Of a DNA stretch of 64,000 nucleotides, positions 30,296-45,009 are shown one piece after another. The DNA lies in NCBI RefSeq assembly GCF_006345805.1, contig NC_043005.1, positions 104,904,001 through 104,968,000 of the forward strand. The letters run 5' to 3'. A model generated the notes under the pieces. It made no database searches. It worked only from the letters and a program-made list of their open reading frames with translations, and was not told where the DNA came from. Position 1 is the first letter of the stretch; every line of letters starts with the position of its first letter. The translations under genes were made by a program, and so were the position numbers. The DNA comes from Octopus sinensis (taxonomy: Eukaryota).

Positions 30296-30719
30296 ACAGA
30301 TATGATATATAGTGTGCGCAAGTGTATACGTACATACATACATACATACATACACACATACATACATGCATACACACACATACATACATACATACACACA
30401 CACATATACATTCATACATACATACATACATACATACATACATACATACATACATACACCCATACATACGTATATACATGCATACGTCTGTGAGTATTTC
30501 ACTTGGAAGAGGAGGAGAGACGCCAAAGATATTATAATGTATAAGATAAGGCATGTATTAGTAAAGCAGGCACCATATGCACGTAGGTTGATATACTTTT
30601 CGTTGGTACCGTGGTTCTATTTTTCACTTTTGAAACATTTTTTCGAAAAGCCTTACGCTGACATACCCATCTCCATATGTTCAACTACACGTTTTTATCC
30701 ATTGAAGTATACATATCTC

Positions 30720-31110
30720 TCTTTTACTCTTTTACTTGTTTCAGTCATTTGACTGCGGCCATGCCGGAGCACCGCCTTTAGTCGAGCAAATCGACCCCGG
30801 GACTTATTCTTTGTAAGCCCAGTACTTATTCTATCGGTCTCTTTTGCCGAACCGCTAGGTGACGGGGACGTAAACACACCACATCGGTTGTCAAGCAATG
30901 CTTGGGACAAACACTGACACACAAACACACATACATATATATACATATACATATATACGACAGCTTCTTTCAGTTTCCGTCTACCAATCCACTCACAAGG
31001 CATTGGTCGGCCCGGGGCTATGCAGAAGACTCTTGCCCAAGATGCCACAGTGGGACTGAACCGGAACCATGTGGTGGTTAGCAAGCTACTTACCACACAA
31101 CCACTCCTTA
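30720..31110 (-). mobile_element. Composite SINE B/C with short internal microsatellite
   Basis: Same head-microsatellite-tail order as 13795-14300. Confidence 0.85.
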
Positions 31111-32354
31111 TATTTTTCTATCTGCCTATTTCTGTACACTCACACACATAACACATACACATGCTCACACACACACACATACACATACCCGTTTAATCTT
31201 CACTATAGGAAACAAGTGAAGTCAATATCATAATTGGGATTAATAATATATTCTATTTTGATTTGAGTTGGTCCCTTTCTAGTCTGAATTTCTTATGTGG
31301 GTACACAGGGTCTTCAGGGGAAACTCAGATTAGGAAGAGACTTGTTGGACCAAATTAAGATATGCATGCACACGCGCGTCTGCATCAATCTATATACATA
31401 TATATTGTTTTCTATGAATTTCCATCCATATTCTCCATCTGTCAAATCACCCATGGTCTTTGTACATCTTGTTTCCTGATAACAGTTCTTCTTCATCCGC
31501 AGGTCAGTTTTTCTTCAGAAGACATAAGTAAGCAAGACCTTCCTTCCATGACCACAAAGTTCGTATTTCTTCTCTCTGTTTGTTATTTTTGTTGTTGCTG
31601 TTGTTATTTAACCCTAGGTCAGGCCTGATCCTGCAGACAACAACTCACAGAGTTTGTTCCTCGATCATTTTGTTTATTCAGTGTATTACTGTATGAGACC
31701 TGTTGCCATTCTCGTTGTTTTAGCCATCATAGATTCAGATCGAGCAGACATAATCTGAAAGACAATCCAACCATGACAATAACGTCTTTTTAGAGTTTTC
31801 TCGGGTTTCCATAATCGAATATGTTTTCCTTTTTCTTAGGTCGTGTGATGTGGTTTGAGAGATATTTGGTTACTATTTTTAGCATATTCATCTAGCATAC
31901 CAATACTTCCTCACTGGGTCTGCCTGCGTTTATTGTAATCAGCTTTCTTTTCTTTTTATTTCTTTTGTCCTTTTCTTCTTCTTCTTCCAGTTCTAAATCG
32001 AAGATCTTGGGAACGATCATGTTTCGGTTTCTCTTTTAGTTTCCCTCAATTTTTGGCTGTTGACTAACTTTTCCTTTCAGAAACCAGAAAATATATTCAT
32101 AATAACCAATCGTTTTGTTGCCTTTCTTTAGCTTTAAGTTAATCTAGTTTCAACAGGGCTATACCCAAGGTTGCTCTAGTTGAGACTACCACACCTTTCT
32201 TCAAAGCTGCTGCGTATACCTGCGTTTATGTATTGTAAACAGTTCATTTCAACCCTGTGTTATTAAACACAATACATTAAACAAATATTGAAAACGACAC
32301 TGGTAGAGAATGTAGAAGATACAATAGAAAGTGGGTACTTTGGTTGCTATTTCT

Positions 32355-32585
32355 TATTTCTTTATTGCACACAAGGGGCTAAACACAGAGGGGACGAACA
32401 AGGACAGACAAACGGATTAAGTCGATTTTACATCGACCCCAGTGCGTAACTGGTACTTAATTTATCGACCCCGAAAGGATGAAAGGCAAAGTCGACCTCG
32501 GCGGAATTTGGACTCAGAACGTAGCAGCAGACGAAATACCGCTAAGCATTTCGCCCGGTGTGCTAACGATTCTGCCAACTCGGTG
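32355..32585 (-). mobile_element. SINE family A, full-length
   Basis: Reverse complement of the family A consensus. Confidence 0.88.
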
Positions 32586-33324
32586 TCTTAATTTGGTTGC
32601 TATTTCTAACTGCTCGGAAATAGCGTTTGGTTGCTATTTCTAACTCCTTGAATAGCCACATAGATGTATCATTAGTTTAGAGGTATGGTCAATTTAATCT
32701 GCAAATGCTGCAAAGTGTCATTTAATTTTATAAAGACAGTAGAATGTGATTTGGGAAGGGGTTGCTTGCTCTTGGTCTCGCTCGTTGACTCAATTAGTAT
32801 TAATTTTGATTTTTTTTACTCGCGTATGCGAAGTCCGTCAATAGCAGATAGATGTGTTAATCAGAGTAACGGGCGCAACAGAATATCAGGGATGAGTTCA
32901 AGTCTTATATGCATCTACTCTGCTGCTTACCATTCAAGAGTCTTTACAAAGTCCTACTGAACTTAGCATAAAGGCTTGGCCAATCAGTCGTTGAGCTCAT
33001 TGAGATATAGGAAGAGAGAGTGAGAGTGAGAGAGAGAGAAAGAGTGAGAGAGAAAGAGAAAGAGAGGGATAGAGAGACAACAAGAGGAGACATAAGTCAA
33101 TTGAAGTTTATTTCCAGGCCAGCTGGAGCATAGTTGTATTGAAACCAGACCATTATTATTTTTAATATGCTTTTAAATATATTATATTTAATAATACCTA
33201 ATTAAAATAAAAGCTGTTTGTATACGTAGCTTCTGATGTGCACATTAAACATACGCATGTGTAACTACTCCTAAACACACACGCATACATATAGATCCAT
33301 GTATTCAAAAGCATACAGTCATGC

Positions 33325-33363
<39 letters not shown>

Positions 33364-33479
33364 GTGTTTATATACGTACACACATTTTCTTACACATACA
33401 TGTACGTATAACCATCATTCTTAAGGGAGCATGACATTGCAGTTTGTAGCAAGTTTTCGGTAATTGTTTTAGGGTAACT

Positions 33480-33735
33480 CTTATATAATATACAGTTGCA
33501 ACAGCGCAGCGAATCCCCACCCTTGAGCCAGCGGCGAAATGTCAAGGATGCGGCTGCTGGAGGGAGCGAACCTGCAACAGCACGCGACTAGTACTCTCTG
33601 ACAAATAAGAAGACCGGAGCAAAACGAGATAACATGCTTTGCTCAAGGATACAATTCGCAGCCTGATCCAGGAATTGAACACACAACCTTATGATGAGGG
33701 TCCCAGCACCCTTACCACTAGGTCATTCGCCTTCA
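33480..33735 (-). mobile_element. SINE family D-like, diverged
   Basis: tgctcaaggatacaa...ggaattgaacac...accactaggtcattcgccttcac is the reverse complement of a tRNA-like head. Confidence 0.55.
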
Positions 33736-33982
33736 CATGTGTGTACAGACATATTTCTTGAATCAGATGCGTATATGTGCGAAGTTAAGTGGACACACAC
33801 ACACACATACACACACACACACATACTTGTATACACACGAAAGCACAAACATGTATGTGAGTGCGTACGTGTATGTATGTTTGTGTGCATGCATGTATGT
33901 GTGTATGAGAGAGGATGAGAATTTATAAAAGCAATCTGTATGAGATAGACAGTAAGACAGACAGCGGACAGACAGAGAAACG

Positions 33983-34099
<117 letters not shown>

Positions 34100-35684
34100 G
34101 TAGATAGATAGACGGCCTAGACAAGTGAATTAGTAAGACGAAGTAACTAAGTAGGAGGGAAATTGGTCCATGCCATTTATTTTATTCGTTTATTTATTTA
34201 TTTTTCTTTGTTTTTCTTTCTTTTTTTCATTTTTTTTTTCATTATTCCTGCAAGCAGGTCATATATATCTGTCGGGAAATGAAATTTTTTTCTAATTGGC
34301 TATCATCACAAGATTAAATTCGATAGGAAAAATTATTGATTTCAGCTCTGATTCCAGCATATTTCAGAAGTCTCTTTTCAAGAGAATTATTTTAAGTTGT
34401 TTTGAATCCTATATTCATATCTATAAATAATGTATCTATATACCTATATACGCCACAACTACATCACCACTTTACTACTCTAGTATCCTTCTACCTACAG
34501 TACCACCTAGCTAGCTACTAACCACCACCCAAACTACTTACTTACCGACTTATTTTACCTACTATCTACTTACTTACATACATACGTGTTTTTAGCTGCC
34601 ATTTTCTTTAAGTATGTCTATGTATGTTAGTACATGTGTGTTTGCGTGCGTATATATATATATATGTGTGTTGTGTGTGTGTTGTGTGTGTGTGTGTGTG
34701 TACATATCTACATATGCATGTAGGTATGAATGTATCTAAAGACATGCATATATGCACGTATAGATGTACGTACTATGCATGTTCGTACAATGTATGTACG
34801 CATGCATGAATGTATGTTTCTAGTATCTAAGTGCTCACACATGTATATATGTATACATGTATGCGTAAGTACATATGGAAGTACATATGTTCATGCGCAT
34901 GTTTTCAAGTATTTGTATGTATGTATGTATGTATGCATACACGTATGTATGTATATATATGCATGTATGTGTGTATGCATGCATGGAAGCATATAACTTG
35001 ATGTGACTGTTTGTGAAAGAAAAGAATAATTATGTATGTACTTATGTATTTATGTTTGTGCGTATTTAGACATATCGCTGTATGCGTCTATACATGTGTG
35101 AGTATGTATGGCTTATGCACGTATAAGCATTTGAATAAAGTTAATGTAAGAACAAGAAAACCTAGAACAACACCAACAGGATAAGTTCCCGATCAAAATT
35201 ATGAGTTTCATACCCAAGAAACAGAAAAAAAAATTGAAGATGACGTTTCGAACATTTTCCTTTTTTCAGAATATGGCATGGTGAGAAAAACGAGAAAATA
35301 TAGAATTAGGAATAATCAAAGCGAAATTCACTGAGTTAAGCCTGTCTATATATGAGCATGTAAGTTTATGTGTATATGTATATACTAATATATAAATTTA
35401 TGCACACACACACGCACACACATACACACACACACATGCACACACACATGCGCGCGTGCACATACTGACGTATGTGCTACGTAAATGTAGTGGTAGAGGT
35501 AGCGATTTCAGCTCAGTCCAAACAGCTTTTGAGTCCCGCCTCAGGCCACTCAAGCTTCCCTAACACTTTGAGCCGTAAATGGAGACATGGGTACAGATGA
35601 TCCTCAACAATATAAACAATAACGTGAGACAAGTGGAATGTCTTCTGAATGGACAATATAAGAACACGGCTACGTGATATGACC

Positions 35685-35817
35685 TATGTGGTTGCGTAGT
35701 AAGAAGCTTGCTCCCCAAGCACATGGTTCCGGGTTCAGTTCCCCTGCGTGGCAATTATAGCCTCGGGCCGACCAAAGCCTTGTGAGTGGATTTGGTAGAC
35801 GGAAACTGAAGAATGCC

Positions 35818-35860
<43 letters not shown>

Positions 35861-36225
35861 TATATTTAATGTAGGATAAAATTTTTTCGAAAAAAAAAAT
35901 TTATCAATGCCCAGAATATTAAAAAATAACTTTAAATGTTAAATTTATAAACAACTTATAAATGAGGGCAAACGATAAGTTGTATATAATATATATATAT
36001 ATTATGTGTGTGGATGTGCGACTGTGTTTTTCCCTCACCCCACCATCGCTTGACAACCAATGCTGGTGTGTTTGCGTCCCCGTACTTAGCGATTTGGCAA
36101 ATGAAACCGATTTAATAAGTGCTAGGCTTTTATAGAATTAGTTCTGGGTTCGATTTCGTCGACTAAAACTTTTGAAGGTTGTGCTCCAGCATTGCTGCAA
36201 TGAGTGAAACAAGTAAAAGAATAAA
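35685..36225 (+). mobile_element. Composite SINE B/C; the internal microsatellite carries an extra ~130-bp AT-rich insert
   Basis: Head ggttgcgtagtaagaagcttgc..ggttccgggttcagttccc, then (TA)n, insert 35865-35985, then the 3' module ccatcgcttgacaacc... Confidence 0.8.
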
Positions 36226-36981
36226 GGAACACACACACACACATACACGTAAACACATACACATACATACACACACACACACACATACACGCACACACAT
36301 ACATATATACACATAGGCACATACACCCATATAGAATGCCAGAAGTTTTGCGGAGCTAAGTTGCAGATGAATTTCCGGTGATGCAAACGAGAACATTGTG
36401 GAGGTTAAAAGTTCAATGAAAATAGATATACGTTTATATCTAATATGGAAAAGAGAGTGATAGAGTAAGAGTGCGGGAGAGAGAAAGAAAGAGAGGAAGA
36501 AGAGATGAAAAGTCAGCGAGGAATAGAGGCAGAGAAGAGAGAGAGAGAGAGAGAGAAAGGGACATAGAGAAACTGTGTGAAGTGTAATAGGAACCGTGAT
36601 TGCCCCTACAAACGGAGGTTCACTTCCCACCAGCAGGTTAGTCATTCTTCTGGGACTTCGAGGTGGGATTTTAAGACATATCATTGTTAATATCGTTACA
36701 GTTAAAATATTAACTGTTGGTTCATAACACTCTTAAATACGCATAGACATGCACACTAATACATCCACACACTCGCACATGTATACATGCACACATATAT
36801 ATATAGGTACATATATACTCTTAAATGTACGCGTACACTCTGGACTATATAGATAAATACTTTCATACACACAACCACTAACACACACAAATAATCACTC
36901 ACACACACATACGCGTGTGCACACACGCATACACAGACATCAGCAGTTGTTATGATACTTGACCTACACTTAATGCACGCT

Positions 36982-37022
<41 letters not shown>

Positions 37023-38829
37023 ACACATACACACACATGCTCACAGCTAAATACGTATTCCCATAGAGAGGCAGACATACTGACACATATAGAGGCCGAC
37101 TAACGGACAGACAGGAGTGGTCAGAGTATTTCCTGTCCCAGAAGTAACACCGTTAATCCGATCAGAGTGGATCCATATTGAGGTCAGCAGCTTAGAGTGA
37201 TTATGAGGACGAAGGATCGATAATTTAATGAAATAGAGAAAATAATGTAGGGGGGGGGTGATTATAACAACAACAACAACTACTACTACTACTACTAGAA
37301 CAACAAAAATTGCCACTGTTGCTGCTGTTGCCGATATTGATGCTAAAAGAATTAGTAGTAATAGTTTTTTTGTGAACGGAAAGAAGAGCAACAGCAGAAG
37401 AAATAATAACAAAAACCACATGAAAAATAATAACACCAACTACAACAGTTAATTACAGCAACAAAACTACAACCAGCGCTACCACGACGACCACCACCAC
37501 CAACAACAACAACAACAGCAACAACAACAATAGTAGAAGCAGCAACGACAACTAGGCCAACAATAACACCAACAAGAGCAAAGCCTCTAAAAGTTCGTTC
37601 GACCTTCCAGAAATATACCATAGCAATACTGCATATGTCTTACTTTGAAGTGAGTTTCTTTATATATAACATGGTGATAATTCCTACCATGGTAAATGCC
37701 ATTGTGGTGCCTCTACTGAAATTATTGTTAACAAATAGAGTATTTCTACTGATGGAATTGGAATGAAGTCTTTTAAATATTTATTGCAATCGCGTCAGAA
37801 TATACTAAAAAAATATCGATTATACTTTTTTGCAATCAATTTTTATGTATGTTTGTGTGTGTGTTTGTGAGTATATACGTATATATCACATATGTGTGAG
37901 TGTGTATATATCCATACATACACATGCACATACACACACATACATACATACATACATACATACATACATACATACATACATACATACATACATACATACA
38001 TTTATACATACATATATACTTACATATGCATGTGTGTGTGTATATGAATGACTAGATAGCTAGAAGAAAATAAAATAGCTAAATTTTCTTTATTTGCTAC
38101 ATTTACAAATATGTGGCAATATATTACGATACAGAAAACTGAATGAGGTTTCTGGTACACTGAAGCAGTGCAAAATGTGTGATATGAGAGTAAAATTGTG
38201 TTTCCATTAACTTCACTTTGAAATTTAATCAAATTTCTCTAAGCAATTTTTTTTTTTTTGCGTCAAAGAAGTCAGGTACAGATTCCTAATAAAGGGTTGG
38301 TTATACATATTCAGTTTCCAGTTTGGGGATATTGTCAGCTCACAAAGGGACTGCAAATGTGAAAGATATTTTGCTTAGAAGTGTATATTATTCTATGCAA
38401 AAAGGAAATTAGAAGTAAAATATTAATACCAAGGTAAATGTTTATATTTTAAACATTTTCAAACAGCAAAATTTTTGTCAAGATTAAACATGAATAGGAA
38501 GTATTATAAGTGAGCAGAAAATAGACTGATGGCACACCAACGAAAGACCATGATAATTTCGTTATATGAGACTTCATCTTCAGTAATTTCTTATTCTAAA
38601 AAAACAACCAAAAAGGCACGCTCGATGGGAGAGTATAAGTCAACCTGGACAATAAACCAGTGAGTAAAATTAACTTCTGTTTGATTAATATAAGCAGCGC
38701 GAGATTTTTTGGTGAGTGGGGAGCAAGATATGGAAAGGAGGCATTTGTAAAACATCCTAATACTTTGAAAGGAATTATTGAGCTACGAAAGGATGAGACC
38801 TACAGCACTGTAGGGTTGTCTACTATATA

Positions 38830-38950
38830 CACGCACACGGCTTTGGTCGACCCGTAACTATATTAGAAGACATTTGCCCAAAGTGCCCCACAGCGGGACT
38901 GAACTCTGAACTGTGTTATCGAAAAGTAAACTTAATCACGCAGCCACGAT
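38830..38950 (-). mobile_element. SINE C head fragment
   Basis: ggctttggtcgaccc...tagaagacatttgcccaaagtgcc...gggactgaac matches 14185-14260. Confidence 0.7.
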
Positions 38951-39034
38951 TTGCGATAAAAAATTATGTTTGAAACGTTACAGCAATTAGCGATTTCTGT
39001 TACATTGATCACCAAGCTAATAATATCCTTTTCT

Positions 39035-39420
39035 ACTCTAGGCACAAGGCCCGAAATTTTGGGGGAGGGGGGCCAGTCGATTAGATCGCCCCAAGGACAC
39101 AATTGGTACTTAATTTATCAAAAGGATGAAAGGCAAAGTCGACCTCGGCGGAATTTGAACTCCGAACGTAAAGACAGACGAAATACCTAATTCTTTAATA
39201 TCCACAAGGGGCTAAACACAGAGAGGACAAACAAGGACAGGCAAAGGGATTAAGTAGATTATATCGACTCCAGTGCGTAACTGGTACTTAATTTATCGAC
39301 CACGAAAGGATGAAAGGTAAAGTCGACCTCAGCGGAATTTGAACTCAGAACGTAACGGCAGACGAAATACGGCTACGCATTTCTCTCGGCGTGCTAACGT
39401 TTCGGCCAGCTCGCAGCCTT
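39035..39420 (-). mobile_element. SINE family A, full copy plus a tandem partial unit
   Basis: Junction gacgaaatacct|aattctttaatatccacaagggg at ~39189, equivalent to the junction at 8816. Confidence 0.85.
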
Positions 39421-40068
39421 ATCAAGCTAATAACATCCATTCTGAACTTATCTGGCATTGTTGATCTTTTCTTCTTCGGCATGGATGAACGTACGAATGC
39501 ATGACATATGTCTGTCTGTCTGTATTATGCATGTAGTTAATCTATTAATTAGTTTAAATGGATAATTATAAACGTATATGAAGGTAATCTAAATATGTTA
39601 TTTAACTGATGCTATGAAACTTTCTCAAATTTAAACGATGGTTGTTATGTTCTCTGTGGACAGAAAAACCGGAGTAGTTGACTTGACCTAGTTTAGAATT
39701 TTCGAATCAACTTGGATTTAATGATTCATTGACAAAAGTCACGTGCTCACGTCTTTCAAATACGGAATACGTATATATAGCTATTAACAGCTTATAGTCA
39801 CTAAATGTAAAAGTGTCTGTAAAACAGTTGGACTGATTTACATAATTTAATGTATGGCTGGCTACCAATTTAATTAGTTGTTGCTGTATTAAACAGCGTG
39901 CTTGGATAATGTTAAATGAGATTTAACATGACATTATTATTATTATCATTATTATTATTAGCATTATTTTAATTTTTATTGTTGTTGTTGTTGTTGTTGT
40001 CATCATTTATTATTATTATTATCATTATTATTATTATTATTATTATTATTGGTGGTGTTGTTGTTGTT

Positions 40069-40170
<102 letters not shown>

Positions 40171-40370
40171 TATCATCATCATCATCATTACTATTCAGTA
40201 GTCTTATTTTTATCACGTGCTTTCACTGCACTACCGAGCGCATCTCTGTGCGCCTTGGTTATGTGCTGTGGTTTGTTGTGATGCTCTTCTTTTTGCTATA
40301 TTGAAAGTGTTTTACGTAGGATGTGTGCAGTGCCTAGTAGTCCTATTTTCTGCTATTATTATTATTATTC

Positions 40371-40449
<79 letters not shown>

Positions 40450-40459
40450 GGCATAATCC

Positions 40460-40565
40460 TTAGCACGCCGGGCAAATAGTTCAGCAAGTACCAGTTGAAC
40501 ACTGCGATCGATGTAATCGACTTATCTCGTCCCCCGAAATTGCTGGCCTTGTGCCAAAATTTGAA
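40460..40565 (-). mobile_element. SINE family A-related fragment
   Basis: caagtaccagttgaacactgcgatcgatgtaatcgactta..cccgaaattgctggccttgtgccaaaatttg matches the variant 3' module at 2400-2480. In that orientation it reads as family A sense, so the strand assignment is tentative. Confidence 0.45.
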
Positions 40566-40583
40566 ATCATCATTACTATTATT

Positions 40584-40625
<42 letters not shown>

Positions 40626-41377
40626 GTCATCGTCGTCGTCGTCGTCGTCATCATCATCATCATCATTATTATTATTATTATTATTATTATTGAGATCAAT
40701 GCATACCGTCGAAGTGACACGGGTACAAATATACGAAGTCCAATATACCCATCATGACAACCCATCTGATAAGGGTACAATAGGTACATGCATCACAACC
40801 ATATGTGCGCGACATGGTTACTTTATATCAAGATGAACAGCGTCCTCGGGTTGAATAGCTGAACCCGCTTAAAATGGTCCTGAATGAGGGTTGTTTAAGG
40901 ATGCTGAACAAAACAGCCATGTTTCCAGAATTAATTATTCCAATCCCAAAGAATTCCTCTCAACACATGGCTATGTTGCTCCGCCACTACTCCTGCTCGT
41001 GATCAGTGATGCACATATTACCAGCCACCAAGTGACATGCTCAACTGGTTAAGGTCAAACAGGGCATTGAGCAGAATATTTGTTCTTGCCCATCTTTTCA
41101 TACTAAGACAAAATATGTATTGTTTATGGTATTTCATCCATCTTCACGTTGTGAGTTCAAATTCTGCCGGAGTCGATAAATTAAGTACCAGTTGAACACT
41201 GGGGTCGATGTATTCTAGTCATCCCCTCCCCTAAAATTACTAAAATTCTAATCCATTATTAAATAGGCACATATGGATACATACATACATAAGTATGTAC
41301 ATACATAGATACATACATACATGCATACATACATACATACATACATACATGCATACATACATACATACATACATACA

Positions 41378-41413
<36 letters not shown>

Positions 41414-41520
41414 TATACGCTGCTAAAAAAAGAGCAGCAGCCATTTGTTCGCAATTGTCGAAATCTGACTGCGCCATTTATAATAACATTCTTTTATACT
41501 CTCTCCATACTCACACACAA

Positions 41521-41601
<81 letters not shown>

Positions 41602-41704
41602 ATAATGAGGGAGATAAATTGATATTAATTTTAATATCAATTTAAACCAGTAGTCTAGCATACAAAAAATCTGAAAAATCAGAGAAAATTCTAATACATA
41701 TGTA

Positions 41705-42029
41705 TATTTACAGGACAAGGCTGCTAGGTAGTCTGCCGTATGCTAGAAATAGATCATCAACGATCAAACTACACAAAGAAAGTTCTCTAGAGGAAAAATC
41801 AGCGAACACCGGAACCAAATTTGGCGGGCAGGACAGATGATAATTTATAATTCTGTTTTTTATATAAATATTCATCTGTCCGGCCCGCCAAATTTGGTTC
41901 CGGTGTTCGCTGAATTTTTCCTCTAGAGAACTTCTTTGTAGTTTGATCGTTGATGATCTATTTCTAGCACGCGGCAGACTACCTAGCAGACTACCTAGCA
42001 GACTACCTAGCAGTCTTGCCCTGTAAATA
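41705..42029. mobile_element. Fold-back MITE-like element (~140-bp TIR arms, ~31-bp AT spacer, TA ends)
   Basis: tatttacaggacaaggctgctaggtagtctgcc...ggacagatga is mirrored by tcatctgtcc...ctagcagtcttgccctgtaaata. The right arm has a triplicated cagactacctag. Confidence 0.85.
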
Positions 42030-42190
42030 CACACACACATATATATATATACGCTGCTAAAAAAAGAGCAGCAGCCATTTTCGCAATTGTCGAAATCTGA
42101 CTGCGCCATTTATAATAATCATTCTTTATACTCTCTCCATACTCACACACAAGCATATATATATATATTATATAATTATATATATATATA

Positions 42191-42234
<44 letters not shown>

Positions 42235-42338
42235 AAATAATGAGGAGATAAATTGATATTAATTTTAATATCAATTTAAACCAGTAGTCTAGCATACAAA
42301 AAATCTGAAAAATCAGAGAAAATTCTAATACATATGTA

Positions 42339-42661
42339 TATTTACAGGACAAGGCTGCTAGGTAGTCTGCCGTATGCTAGAAATAGATCATCAACGATCA
42401 AACTACAAAGAAAGTTCTCTAGAGGAAAAATCAGCGAACACCGGAACCAAATTTGGCGGGCAGGACAGATGATAATTTATAATTCTGTTTTTTATATAAA
42501 TATTCATCTGTCCGGCCCGCCAAATTTGGTTCCGGTGTTCGCTGAATTTTTCCTCTAGAGAACTTCTTTGTAGTTTGATCGTTGATGATCTATTTCTAGC
42601 ACGCGGCAGACTACCTAGCAGACTACCTAGCAGACTACCTAGCAGTCTTGCCCTGTAAATA
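42339..42661. mobile_element. Second copy of the fold-back MITE-like element
   Basis: Near-identical to 41705-42029. Confidence 0.85.
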
Positions 42662-42670
42662 CACACACAC

Positions 42671-42717
<47 letters not shown>

Positions 42718-42777
42718 TACATACACATATATAAATACACACACATATATATATATATGTATATATATATACATCTA

Positions 42778-42812
<35 letters not shown>

Positions 42813-42995
42813 ATATATATATATATATACGCGAGAAAGAAGCAACAAGAATGGATACCGTTGCTTCTTCTCGCTTATAATCACCCCACATTACTGTATT
42901 GTTAAATCAGTATAGTTTTTTTCTGGTGCATCTAAGTTAGGTACCATATTCAAGTAAATTTTTTTAAATTAACTTGAATCTTTATTGCTCTTTGA

Positions 42996-43026
<31 letters not shown>

Positions 43027-43235
43027 TATACATGGTGTGTGTGTGTATGTGCGTGTGTTTGGATATACATATAAAGGTATGTATACACTCTTTCGGCTTT
43101 AGTGAACAAGAACCGCCTTTTTTCATATTTTATTTCTACGATATATCATTCTTGGAATATTTGGTTTCTGTTTACGTGTGTCTGCGAAACTAACTGTGTG
43201 TGTGCATGCGTGTGTGTGTGAGTGTGTGTGTGTGT

Positions 43236-43279
<44 letters not shown>

Positions 43280-44311
43280 TGTTTGTCTGTCACTCACATA
43301 GCGTTAATGGGGGTTTTGTGCTTGGTAAGTTCCACCGAATAAAGAAAATCCACCTCATAATAAGATCTTACTAACACATGTCTTGTAACACATAACGGAA
43401 TGAAATTTCATATCAAATATTCCAATAGAATGCTACTGTACAATCCTTTAAGCGATGAAACATTGATACCCCATTTTCCCAAAGGTATTCCAATCACAAA
43501 ATGAGCATTGGACTGAAATAGGAATTATTACAATGGTGTTCTTGTGTCACATTTTGTCGAATTAATAAAGTATCGCATTCCTTGTTGAAGGTTTGATAGT
43601 TTGTATTATGTCACTAACACTTAAGTGCGTTTATGTAAAGGGTGTTGTCTCGTCCCTGGCTCAGTTCACTTAGCTGTTAACGAAAGCAGATGAGGAGAAT
43701 AACTGTATATAGCACTGCAAGGAATGGTATAAATGTATGTCAGCTGTAACTGGCAACAGAACGGGACAATTTTCTGTTGAGAAATAGTAGCTTTGCTGAA
43801 GAAGGGCGATGGAAGACGGGAACCATATTGATAATTTTTAGCATATAAATCATATTGAATGCAGAGTTTAAGATTTTGACGAAGGTGCAAGTAAAAAAGT
43901 TGATGTTTCTTGTTGTTAGCTTGGTCACGAAGTGTAAAGCTACTCGATCCCGATCAGATATATTTGTAACATACTCCACCTGTTGCGATACATCGTAGAA
44001 ATGGCAGGTAACAACGGTTGTGTCCTGATCGACTTTGGATCAGTCGAAGGATTGACCAAAATTACTTAACAGTTATCCTCAAAGGTACTGGTTTCATTAC
44101 CATTTTCAAATTCCGGTTCTCTTCAATATATTGTAGGATCTGCAGTGAAATCTTACTAAATGGCCACTGATTTGAATCACGTGGTTGGTCCGCTGAGAAT
44201 GTTCTCTCTCATCCCTTCCGTATGTACTTGATTCTGAAACCACTACTGCCATATCTGGAGGGGTTAAGATGTACCCCGTTCAAGCAGAGACGTAGAATAG
44301 CCATGATAGCA

Positions 44312-45009
44312 TATAAGGGTCGGCTGAAAAATTAATAGGCTGGCCAAGATATTCTAATGGAATATGACCGAATAAGATTTAGTTTTCAACATAGAGCCCC
44401 TTGCGTTTCACACACTTCTTCCATTGGTGTTGTAGTGCTCGGGTCCCATTGCTGAAGACGCTTTCATCTGAAAACGTGGCAGTCACTGAACTGAAACCCT
44501 CGTCATGTCAAGTGCATCGTGCAGAATATTCTCGATTCATTCATGAGATATGCAAATAGCATTGGCTATTTGATTCATAGTCAATCGTCTGTCATCCATC
44601 CCCATATGACAAACACGATCAATGTTTTTCCTTGGGGGTGACAATTGAAGGATGTCCAGATCTTGGGTCATCTTCAAGATTCTTCTTTCCCCTCCTAAAC
44701 TTAGCTGTCCAATTTTTCACCACTGATAAAGCAGGAGCGTCATCTCCTAATGCAGCACGAAAGTCCTTGGTGGCTAAGCCTTTTTCTGCGGGGACTTGTT
44801 AACACCACGATCCTAAATTTTGTCCACTTTCATGAGAACTCGTTCCCAGTCACTTTTGAAGTCTTTTTTGAACAGTCAGGTGTAAGTTTACTTGGAAAGA
44901 ATCAATGCAGTTCTTAATAAGAAGGGTTGAAATTAACATGTGCAAGCTGTCGTAGCTCCAGATTTACCCCTTCATAGTCAGCCTATGAAATTTTCAGCCC
45001 ACTCTCTTA
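44312..45009 (-). mobile_element. Internally deleted mariner transposon
   Basis: TIRs taagggtcggctgaaaaattaataggctg / cagcctatgaaattttcagcccactctctta. Minus-strand remnants: LGDDAPALSVVKNWTAKFRRGKKNLEDDPRSGHPS, DDRRLTMNQIANAI and C-terminal ALQHQWKKCVKRKGLYVEN*. The catalytic core is missing. Confidence 0.85.

Larger units (their letters stand above)
41410..42700. repeat. Tandem duplication, two ~633-bp units each containing a fold-back element
   Basis: tacgctgctaaaaaaagagcagcagccatt at ~41416 and ~42049; all unique sequence between is repeated. Confidence 0.92.

Noticed and set aside
35237-35275. Minus-strand CTGAAAA...GAAACGTC minimal hammerhead-like motif
   Set aside because: The core deviates (CUGAAAA) and stem I does not pair beyond one base; at best a highly decayed relic.
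43650-44300. Non-repetitive, possibly decayed coding or Penelope-like sequence on the minus strand
   Set aside because: Frequent stops in all frames and no motif I could identify with confidence.
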